Positions 1 to 12,290 of a stretch of DNA of 64,000 bases are shown one piece after another. The notes under the pieces are model-generated. The model did no database searches, was not told the origin of the DNA, and was given only the letters and a program-made list of their open reading frames with translations. This DNA is from the human T2T-CHM13v2.0 reference genome, Homo sapiens. Each line of letters begins with the position of its first letter. Position 1 is the stretch's first letter. The stretch is taken from assembly GCF_009914755.1 (NCBI RefSeq), contig NC_060945.1, one strand, 5' to 3'. The position numbers and the translations under genes were made by a program.

Positions 1-248
1 AGCAAATTGCATATAGGTATGATTTGAATGGGCTAACATACTTACAATTAATATAAAATATTTCCAGATTAAGAATTATAAGCACACATTAAAATAAGAA
101 TAAAGAAACTTTTTCAGGTGTCTTGAAGACCCTGAAGGATTTAGTGAGTCATCAGTGAGACATATTAATAAGGATGAGTATATGTATGAGTACCTGTTGG
201 GTTTGTTTTCCTATCGTTTTTTCACTCTAAGTAGTAGCATGTATTTTC

Positions 249-543
<295 letters not shown>

Positions 544-2282
544 AGGTAGGATGTATTCTCTAGTTCTTTTACAAAAGGAGGATTTTCATTTACCTGCACT
601 TTTTGTTCCCCAAAGAGGGAGTCCTGTAGTCTCTTGGTGTGTATAGAAAGGCTTAAATATTTTAGCCAGTCCTTTGTAACTTTTTCCTTGCTTGTCAAAA
701 GCAATAATATTGCCATCATTGAGAAATGGTTTCAATGATGGCGACACTTCACAGATAAGAACAAGCTTATTAATCTTGGGAAACTCACAAATGATTATTG
801 AGTCTCCTAGATTGCTAAAAACAAAGAAGAATTAATTTTTTGTCCTGAAGATTTAAGGTAATTGTCCACAGCTTAATAATCATCAGGAAGAGGATAAACT
901 CAATCACAGGAAATACAACGTAGTAGTGAAATTTGTTCAATTACAGAGGAAAGTTCCAACGGAAATGGTGGAAATCCTGGCACTTGGAATAAGCAAAACC
1001 AAACAGGACAAAGTACTAAACTACAATTAGTAAGCTTCTAATACAGCTCTAAAAAGGAATGCTTCCTATATTGATGATAATTAGTTGATGATAGATTACT
1101 GAGCTGAAAACTTGACATTTGATTGCTACTTTTAAGTGTTAGGCAAATTAAGAGGTATGGAAAATTGGACATATCATAGTGTAAATGAATTTATTTTCTC
1201 CATGGCAGGATTTGGTTGCTTGTGAACATATAGCAGATTCTCTAATACTCATAAGGCTCCCTCTTTCCTTTAATACGAAGGATGTAGGAGAAGTTCAGCA
1301 AGCACTTATTTGTTAGGTTGAATTCTAAATATGGACACAGTGCAGTCTTAAATTATGTTAGAAAAAGGACATTTGGCTTAGTGAGACACATTAATCATAG
1401 TGCAGTCTTAAATAGATCTGAGGACTTACAACAGTGCATAGATATGTCTTTAAATCAGCAGAAATTCAGAAGAACATGGCAGGTTAGAAATGATAGGATG
1501 ATAACTTGGATTTGATTATGGCAAGATTAACTAAGCAGCTGTTGAGATTGGATAATGATATGTGAGGTTCTCATCACCCTGTAACTTGTTTCCACTAATA
1601 CAGATTAAGAATGTCTGGAGGAACTATAATTATCTCTGTGGCTTGTGCATAACATAATTATGTTTTGCCAGTGCAAAGCATTTTATTAAGTGGAAAATGA
1701 TTTTTAAAAAGTTATACAAGTGGCTACAAGAACAAATCAACTAAGAACAGAAACATTGGCACTTCATAATAGTAATGTGAAAAATACTTATCTCTTTTTG
1801 TTATATGGAGTTTTCAGAATTTAAAGCCTTGTTTATATGACAGATACATGAGGGATTATTTCAGTGATGTTGACCCTCTTACTGAAGTTTGTGCCCCAGG
1901 TGTCCAGACCACAAAATAGAAAATGCAATCTTTGTCTGCCTTACATAAATACAGTACTGAGATCAGCTTGTCTTTTAAATGTCTGATTGCTATTTAATTA
2001 CAAAAAATTTGTCTTTAAACAGAGCACCCAAAACAACAAAAAAACAGTAAAGAACTCATTTCGGAGCCTTGTAATCCACCCTACCACATAAAAAGAGGGT
2101 GATATGTCTGACAACTCTCTCTATAATCAGGTTTATTAAGTGATAGTCATTATGCATTTTATAAACACTACCCTAAAATATGTAATGTGAATGTATCTGT
2201 TAATCAGAAAAAGCTAACTAAAACTGAATGCAATGTACTCATTTCCATTCTGGTGGCATTCTTACATAATGATTTTAAAGCA

Positions 2283-2480
2283 ACTGTGATGAGATAGAAA
2301 GAGTGTTAAAGCTGTAGTGAACAAATGGGAATTCAAATTCCAGCTCTGAAGTGTTCCGGCTGGCTGAGTTTCTTATACTTTCTGAGCCTCCGTTTATCCA
2401 GTAGTAAAATGCAGCTGTGAATTTCTACCCCAGTGGGCTGCTGAGAGAATTAAATGAGATAATTTATGTGAACAATCTTC
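2283..2480 (+). mobile_element. MIR SINE
   Basis: MIR core motifs ttcaaattccagctct...tctgagcctccgttt...gtaaaatg...gaattaaatgagataat. Confidence 0.75.
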
Positions 2481-3559
2481 TTAGAATATGTTTATTTAAT
2501 CTGACCTTGAAAAATAATTCACAAAAAATGTGTCAGAGTAAGTTTTCTCTCTTTCGTCTCAAAGGAGAGAATATGAAGTAGATTAAGTGACATTTTTGAA
2601 AAAAGTTCCACATTTGAAACTTTTATTTATAAAATTGTGAATTTATCTTTAGTTATAGAATAACTTTCCTCTTCCTTTGATCTTTTTAAGCGTAATATTT
2701 AGCCCTCTCTTTATTACTCTGAGAGAAGATGAATATTTTAAAACTATTTATATCACATGTCTAAAAGTATTTCTCATTTTTTTCTTAAGCTCTTTTTTGA
2801 ATATTTATAATTTCTTTCCCTTTTATTCTCATATTTCACACCTAGTATTTCTGCTTTCATTTCATTAATCTTTTTTTAATAACTTGGCACCTGGGCCTGT
2901 TTTGCAGCTATGTGCAGCAATCTTAAGTACTATGTATAGTTTAGTTTTCAATCAGTTCCTTGCTGTTACTTTCTGCAAATAAAAACTAGCTTAGCTATGC
3001 ACGTGATTAACATGGCCCAGGTATTCCTATTACTAGGTCTTTCTATTACTAGGTCTTTCTTTCCTTCTGTGTTATTTAATATAAGGCAAAATAGGACCCT
3101 GCCGCTTACCAAGCTTTCAGGATCCTCCATCTTCCATCTTCCACTAATCCCTTCCTATGTCTCTATGAAAAATATATCTCTAAGATGGTGGTTGACAAGA
3201 GTGTGAGAGTCAAATGGTAAGGAATATTGCTTGGAAATAAGGCTGAATTAATAATTCCAGAGAAACATTGTGAAATAACTTATAGGTACATAAATTCACT
3301 ATATTTAGATCTGCCTCATACTTTTAAACCAGCAGCATGATAATTCATAGCATGGACTTATCATCATACCATATATTGAAACATTCCTCTATTGTTGGAT
3401 GGTTATTTCATTTCCTCTGCTTCATTGTTTTGAACATCCCTATAATAATCACCACTGTATATGCCATTTTTTGCAGAAGTGGAATTCCTAGTTAAAAGTT
3501 GAATTTCAAAATTGTTCTTGACAGTTTATACTTCTAGCAACAAAGTCTCTAAGTCTTAC

Positions 3560-4205
<646 letters not shown>

Positions 4206-5632
4206 AGAGACACAAAGGTATTACTATAGTGGTATCAAAGTAAACAGTGTGAAAGCATCCAACCTGAATTTCATAGCTGCAGTGTGATGGCATTTTTATT
4301 CAGCTATTTCTAGGCATATTTTAAGGTCTGAGACTCACCATATGCACTATCATGTAAATTTATTTTTATAGGTAAAACCTGTAAAGTAATAAAACAGTCT
4401 CAGTTTCCAGAGCAAATCATATCCATCTGTACTGCTGGGTAAATGTAGTTCTGATTCAACCACATGAATAAGATTACACGTGTTTTTGAAAATCACTATT
4501 TGCTGAAGATCATAAGCAATTCACATGCTTTGTCTATGGTTAATTTTGGTAATAAGATGCAAGACAGCTCACAGATCTTTAAGCTATATCTAGAAATAGT
4601 GCTGATTGAATTTAAGCTGATTATGCAGCTTATTTTGGTCGTTTGCCCTCTTCCTAAATTCTAAAGTTCAAAGTTTAACGTGAAATAGTTTTCTCAAGTT
4701 TAGCTCTAGCCAAAGTCCATGAAATGGCTTATGTCTGTCAATAGTTGACCTAATAGATTTGTCCTATGTTGACACTTTGTTCTTTTCATACTAGACTGTG
4801 CGTATCATGTAGGTATGTTATTTTCAGTGTGCTGTGCTTTAAAATGGGATTAGAAAGTCATGGAGAATTTTTTGAAAATGTTTTGATGTGTTAGTGTTTT
4901 TTGGTAGGGTTTTGGGATACATCATTTATTTATTAATTAATTCATTATTCTGTATTTATTCTAGAATGTCATCAGTAATGTATTGAACTACCAATCATGT
5001 TAGTGGAGATAACAAGGCAAGACCAGTATAGTGACATTAGAGGCATAAAATCAATGGGTTCTATAAAATATTTGAGTTGCTTTATAAGAACTGTGTATCA
5101 ACAGGAGTAAAGTCATCAAGAAGAACCTCTTCTACCAGTGCCATCAAGAAAGGGTTCATTTATATGGGGAAGCTCCAACAGAATCTGGATAGACAGAAAT
5201 AGGATTCTTTTTCACAGGCAGGGATGGAGATATGTTTTAGACATGGAACATTTGAGAGGATAAAAGAAGCATGAAACCACATGTCTGGTACCTGTGACTA
5301 CTAAGGCATGTAAATAAGGCATGCTGAGAGATGAGAATGAAGGTAAGGTGGTAAAGCAGGGGTAAGATTTTGGAAACCATTAAAAACCATGCCAAAGTTC
5401 ATGAACATTTTCCTTTAGGCAGTGAAGATCTTTTAAGGGGTTTTCAGCAGGAGAGCAACAGAGCTGTACATTTTAGAAAGAGCCCTCTGGCAGAAATGCA
5501 GGGGATGAATGGGGAATGCACAATAAGAGGCGTTAAATGATTCCTTCTGGTAATATTGGGACATAAAATAAAGCCTGAATGGTGGGGATAGAGAGGAAAG
5601 GATTTGATGCAGTATATGTTAAGGAAGTAGTA

Positions 5633-5977
<345 letters not shown>

Positions 5978-6353
5978 AGAAGTAGTATTAACAAGTCAAA
6001 GTCAATGATAAAATTTGGATGATGTGGAAGAGGCAGTAGATTCCCAAGCATCTGTCTTGGGTTAATGGGTAGATGGTGATGCTGTTCACCAATAGGAATA
6101 GGAAAAGAGGTTTGGGAGGCAAGAGTGAGAAGTGGTTAGTGTTCAGTGTTTAGCTATGTTTTGTTTGGAGTGTTTATGTGGCAGCCAGGTGGAGATTCCA
6201 AGTATGCAGTTCAATATGTGGGCCCAAAGGTTAGAACACAGGGACGAATTAGAGATGTAGATTTGTTGGTCATTGACGTTTCATAAATGTAGTGTTAATG
6301 TCGCACAAAGCAAAATGTTTAGAGGAGGAAGAATAACATTAGGAATAGCAACC

Positions 6354-6357
<4 letters not shown>

Positions 6358-6395
<38 letters not shown>
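6358..6395. repeat. Perfect (AT)19 microsatellite
   Basis: Read directly. Confidence 0.98.
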
Positions 6396-6397
<2 letters not shown>

Positions 6398-6919
6398 CTT
6401 ACCAACATAATCCATAGGGTGTCACAATTAGGAGTTTATTAGGGACGTTTGTGAGACCAGTCTCAGTAACATAGTGGAAGTATAAGTGGAGCACCCACTC
6501 AGTGCATAGTAGAATAAAATACAAATGAAAGAGTTAAAATGAACAGGTTCATGTTCTTTTTTGAGGAGCTTAGCTATGTAGGGGAGGGGAGGACATTAAC
6601 TGGAGGAATTCACAGGGTAGAGGGATGCATTAATTAATTAGACAAGAGACACAAAGGCATTACTAATAGTCTATGGGAAAATAACTGGTGGAGTGAGAGA
6701 CTGAAAATGTAGAAGAGATAGGAATTACTCACAAGGCACAGATACAGCAACTCTCAACACAATGCAGCAGAAAAAGGGCAAACTGGCTATTCTTATTATT
6801 GAGAAAATTGTGGATGATAAAATAGAAATTATGGTATATGAAAGGACAGCCTATTAACCACTTATATAGCAATGTTTTAAACCTGCATAGGTAAAACGGC
6901 CGAAATGGTAGTCTTTCTT

Positions 6920-7270
6920 CCAAATCTCTTTCCCTCCACCATATGCTAGACACACCCTTTTAATAAACAGCACCACAGTCTACCTTGTTGCTTCAGCTGA
7001 AGACCTGAGTTGTCCTTGATTCTCTTTTCCACAGTTTATTCTCCAGACATCTCAACTTCCTATGTTCCTGTCAATTTCTACTACTGCATTCTAATTGAAA
7101 GTATAGTTACGTTATCCCCAGACTACAAGAGTAGCCTAACTTTTCTCTCTGCTTATCTAGAGCCACTCCGGCCCCACTCTTCCATCTGTTCTCCACTTAC
7201 CAGCCACAATAATATCATAAAAAAGTAAACCAAGTCATGTCACTCTCTGGTTCAAACTCTTCAATAATGC
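6920..7270 (+). mobile_element. L2 fragment
   Basis: L2 motifs agacctgagttgtccttgattctc, ccagactacaagagtagcctaact, tcatgtcactctctggttcaaactc. Confidence 0.6.
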
Positions 7271-8247
7271 ATAGTGGGCATGTGGTAAATTATGACTATT
7301 ATAATCATAATTAGAATTTTCCTTTCTCTTTCTCTTTCTCTTTTGGTTTTCTCTTTACCTTCATTTAACTCTATAATAGCAAAGACATTTAAAAATTGGC
7401 CAATCTATTCTAAACATATGATTACTGGTAGATTTATAGAAAACATATTCAGCACTAATGTGACTTATTTCTGTCATAAACATTTGACTCCTTGCTGTTG
7501 CCTTATTTGAAAATGACAAATGACAAATAAGTAAAATGGTGTTTCTGTTACTTGTGTTTTATTTGACCCCTCAATTCCCAGTAATAAGTAAGATAATACT
7601 TTAAACAATCTTTGACATTTTTTTCTAATTAGATGACAAGCAATCTCAATGCATGCACCACGTGTTTCAAGGATATAAATTAGAGTGAATACTTTAAAAA
7701 AATAGAATAAAAGCGGGACACACTGATATTTGACATTTTTGAAAATCTCGAATCTCACATCCCTGATTTTTATAATGACAGTGATTAGGAAAAAAAAGCT
7801 TAATGTAAGACAATAAGCTCTGAGATTTTTCTTAGAAATGTACTAAATTTGATTCTAGGAGGAGAAGGCACTTGAGAAGAGCCTGTTGAAGTCTCATCTG
7901 CTGGAGAAAATTTACTCCAAGAAAATAGGATGAAAGTGTCAAAGACAATAGTTACAAGCCTTGGTGGTGCAATTGATTATGATCTTGTAATGGTATAATT
8001 CTGAAACGATGACACAGATAGTGTCTTTATATGATGGAGCTGGTCCCTAGAAGCAGAAGGCACAGTTTTCAAGTTCAGAAATTTCTAATTAATATCATGT
8101 ATATGGTGAATTACATATATATGTAATAATATGTAATATAAGGTTCTGTAATATATGTAAGGAGTTTTATTTTATGATATATACCATAAAATGTTCCTTA
8201 TGTCCTAAGTGTATGACAAAGAATAAAACACTTCATATCATAGCTAT

Positions 8248-8400
8248 GACGTTGTGGAAAAGACACAGAACTAGTAGTAAAGGAGCATGAACCAGATTCC
8301 ATTCTATCAATCACCGACTATGTGCCTGGGTTTGTCTCCTCTTTAAAACATAGAGAATGCTTCTCCTCAGGCGTTCTCTGATGGGTCCATTCTATGAGCT
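8248..8400 (+). mobile_element. MIR/MIR3 fragment
   Basis: gtggaaaagacacagaact...ccattctatcaatcaccgactatgtg...ttctatg. Confidence 0.5.
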
Positions 8401-9374
8401 GATTCTTTTTGGTGAAATCAGTCACTAATTCAGTATCCTGAATGCCATATTAAGGAGGTTTAGAGAAAATCTGAAAGGTAACTATGCTAAAACAGAGGCA
8501 TTTCTAAGTGAATCAAGTTGGTAGTCACATTCAGAGGCTTTGGACTCGGTCACAAGGAAGCCTAACCAATAATCACTTCACACTGAGTAACCATTCTACA
8601 TATCTTTCTGTTGTTATAATTTTAGGAACAACTGTAATTTTAGGCAAAACTTGGCAACTTGGCCTTATGTTTAGTAAATTATTTTGGGCTCTTTGTTTTC
8701 CAGATTTCAACTGATGTTTTTATAGTGACAAAACCATCCCAATTTGCCTCATGTGAAAGTCATTCTAAAATAATTGATATCCAAAGTCATTAAGATAATG
8801 CAACTAAACAGGAATGTAGTTACTTATATCTTATTGGTAGGGAGCATAAAAATGTAGGCACGAGAAAGGTGTTTTAGTGATCTAAAGATCCAATCTGTTA
8901 TTTTTAAACGATGCCATTCTATTTTGCAAATGCCTACTATAAGCAGAACAGCTGAACTCACTGCCAAATATGAAAGAGTAGTTAAGAAATGATTTGCAGA
9001 ATGGATCTCAAGGTCTTTATTTTGCTCTTGCGTGTGGAATCTATTTGCTCATTTGCACGTGTGGAAATTTTAATCTCTACAGCATGTTTTTAAGCGTCAC
9101 ACTGAGCCTGGAAGTTAACACAGAATCAGATCAGTAAGTAAATAAAACATATCTTTGAAAACATGAAATGGAAAAAAAATACTTGTTTTTTGAAAGTTTT
9201 ATCTTTGCACAAAATGTCTATCTACATGTCAAAGATATTCAGATGTTCAGCTAAGCACTTTGTAGGTCAAAAAATATATTTTTTGCATTCTGAACTCTTG
9301 GCATCTTGGTTAAACTTTCATTCTATATTAATTATACGGATGGAAGAGTTTATTCAATACTTTAATGAACCAAG

Positions 9375-9495
9375 ATTATTAGAATTAAGCTTCATGAAAT
9401 CAGGTTCTTTGTCTATCATGTTCATTACTGATTCCCCAGTGCTCAGTTAGATGCTTGGAATATATTACAGCTTTAATAAATATATTTCAAAATAA
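9375..9495 (+). mobile_element. L2 3' end
   Basis: aagcttcatgaaatcagg...tgttcattactgattccccagtgc...aataaatat matches the L2 3' terminus. Confidence 0.65.
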
Positions 9496-9499
9496 TGCC

Positions 9500-9650
9500 A
9501 TGGAAAGAGGCATAAAATAAAGCTTTGAGACTTAGCCTGGCCATAGCACTGCTTCTAAGCTTAGATCTTAGCCAAGCCATTTCTCTTTCCTTGAGTTTCA
9601 TTTTCCTCATCTTCTAAAAATAAGGATTTTTTTAAATTGATGAGAGTTCT
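9500..9650 (+). mobile_element. MIR fragment
   Basis: tcttagccaagccatttctctttccttgagtttcattttcctcatc core. Confidence 0.55.
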
Positions 9651-9888
9651 CTGGTCTTATAAAAGTACTTGACAATTATTATACCATGTCTGAAATAACG
9701 TGCTAATCACAATCTTAAAATAAATATATTTCCAGAGGTGATATAATTGCCAAACATACAAATTAGCTCACCTAGTACATAGACTCAAAAAGTTCAGAAT
9801 GTAGATTTCCTCTGATCACACTTGAAGATTATAGTGCAATTTTCTCCTACAGAAAGTTTGTGAAGTACCATTAAAAATTATGAGTGTA

Positions 9889-11200
9889 GGTTGTGGGGAA
9901 GATAGCCAAATAGGAACACCTCTGGTTTGCAGCTCCCAGCTAGATCAACACAGAAGGCGGGTGTTTTCTTCATTTCCAACTGACATACCTGGCTCATCTC
10001 ATTGGGACTGATTAGAGAGTGGGTGCAGCCTATGGAGGGCGAAACAAAGCAGAGTGGGGCGTTGTCTTACCAAGGAAGCACAAAAGGTCGGGAACTCCCT
10101 CCCCTAGCCAAGGGAAGCCGTGAGGGACTGTGCCGTGAGGAATGATGCATTCTGGCCCACATACCCACAGACCAGGAGACTCCTTCAGGTGCCTATACCA
10201 CCAGGGCCTTGTGCTTCAAACATGAAACTGGGCGGCTGGTTGGGCAGACACTGAGCTAGCTGCAGGAGTTTTTTTTCATGCCCCAGTGGTGTCTGAAATG
10301 CTAGCAAAGAGAACTGTTCACTCCCCTGGAAAGGGGGCTGAAGCCAGGGAACCAAGTTGCCTTGCTCAGCAGATCCCACTCCACAAAGCCCAGCAAGCTA
10401 AGATCTACTGGCTTGAAATTCTCGCTGCCAGCACAGCAGTCTGAAGTCGACCTGGGACACTCAAGCTTGGTGGAAGGAGGGGCATCTGCTCCTACTGAGG
10501 CTTGAGTAGGCAGTTTTCTCCTCACAGTGTAAACAAAGCCACAGGGAAGCTTGAACTGGGCGGAACCTACTGCAGCTGGGTAAAGCCACTGTAGCCAGAC
10601 TGCCTCTCTACATTCTTCCTCTCTGGGCAGGGCATCTTTGAAAGAAAGGCAGCAGCCACAGTCAGGGGCTTATAGATAAAATTCCCATCTCCCTGGGACA
10701 GAGCACCTGGGGGAAGGGGCGGCTGTGGGCGCAGCTTCAAAAGACTTAAACGTTCCTTCCTGCCAGCTCTGAAGAGAGGAGAGGATCTCTTAACACAGCA
10801 CTCAAGCTCTGCTAAGGGACAGACTTCCTCCTCAAGTGGGTCCCTGATCTCCATGCCTCTTGACTGGGAGACACCTCCCACCAGGGGTCGACAGATACCT
10901 CATACAGGAGAGCTCCAGCTGGCATCTGGCAGGTGACCCTCTGGGACGAAACTTCCAGAGGAAGGAGCAGACAGTAATCTTTGCTGTTCTGCAGCCTCCA
11001 CTGGTGATACCAAGGCAAATAGGGTCTGGGGTGGACCTCTAGCAAACTCCAGCAGACCTACAGCAGAGGGGCCTGACTGTTGGAAGGAAAACTAACATAC
11101 AGAAAGGAATAGCATCAAAATCAACAAAAAGGACGTCCACACCCAAACACCATTTAAAGATCACCAACATCAAAGACCAAAGGTAGATAAATCCACGAAG
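9889..11200 (+). promoter_or_regulatory. L1 5' UTR (internal promoter region), CpG-decayed
   Basis: Lies between the L1 5' end and ORF1; many consensus CpGs appear as TG/CA; activity unknown. Confidence 0.6.
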
Positions 11201-12227
11201 GTGAGGAAAATCCAGCACGAAAAGGCTGAAAATGCTAAAAACCAGAACGCCTCTTCTCCTCCAAAGGATCATAACTTCTCATCAGCAAGGGAACAAAACT
11301 GCACAAAACTGGATGAGTTTGATGAATTGACAGAGGTAGGCTTCAGAAGGTGGCTGATAACAAACTGCTCCGAAATAAAGGAGCATGTTCTAACCCAACG
11401 CAAGGAAGCTAAGAACCTTGAAAAAAGGTTAAATGAATTGCTAACTAGAATAACCAGTTTAGAGAAGAACATAAGTGACCTCATGGAGCTGAAAAACAGC
11501 ACAAGAACTTCGTGAAGCATACACAAGTATCAATAGCTGAATCGACTGAGTGGAAAAAAGAATATCAGAGATTGAAGATCGACTTAATGAAATAAAGCAG
11601 GAAGACAAGATTAGAGTAAAAAGAATGAAAAGGAATGAACAAAGCCTCCAAGAAATATGGAACTATGTGAAAAGACCAAACCTACGTTTGATTGACGTAC
11701 CTGAAAGTGACAGGGAGAATGGAACCAAGTTGGAAAAAACTCTTCAGTATATTATCCAGGAGAACTTTCCCCACCTAGCAAGACAGGCCAACATTCAAAC
11801 TGAGGAAATACAGAAAACACCACTAAGATACTCCTCGAAAAGAGCAACCCCAAGACACATAATCATCCGATTCACAAAGGTTGAAATGAAGGAGAAAATG
11901 TTAAGGGCAGCCAGAGAAAAAGGTCAAGCTACCCACAAAGGGAAGCACGTCAGACTAACAGCGGGTCTCTCTGCAGAAACCCTACAAGCCAGAAGAGAGT
12001 GGGTGCCGATATCTGACCTTCTTAAAGAAAGGAATTTTCAACCCAGAGTTTCATATCCAGCCAAACTAAGCTTCATAAGCGAAGGAGAAATAAAATTCTT
12101 TAAAGACAAGCAAATGCTGAGAGATTTTGTCATCACCAGGCCTGCCTTGGAAGAGCTCCTGAAGGAAGCACTAAATATGGAAAGGAAAAACTGGTACCAG
12201 CAACTGCAAAAACATACCAAATTGTAA
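11201..12227 (+). pseudogene. L1 ORF1p remnant (RNA-binding chaperone)
   Basis: ORF1p motifs EIWNYVKRPNLRLI, TPRHIIIRF, ARREW, YPAKLSF; start is GTG; frameshift near 11497; in-frame TGA at 11538 and 11547. Confidence 0.95.
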
Positions 12228-12290
12228 AGACAATTGATACTATGAAGAAACTGCATCAACTAATGGGCATAAAAACCAGCCAGCATCATA

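Noticed and set aside
720-1020. Possible CR1/L3 3' relic
   Set aside because: Similarity too weak to support by eye.
1339-1413. 15-bp direct repeat agtgcagtcttaaat 60 bp apart, superficially CRISPR-like and giving HSAVLN twice in an ORF
   Set aside because: Only two copies, eukaryotic context and no cas genes; a small local duplication.
9018-9068. Degenerate tandem pair tttgctc…cgtgtggaa with a CACGTG E-box
   Set aside because: Short imperfect duplication and a single E-box, expected by chance.
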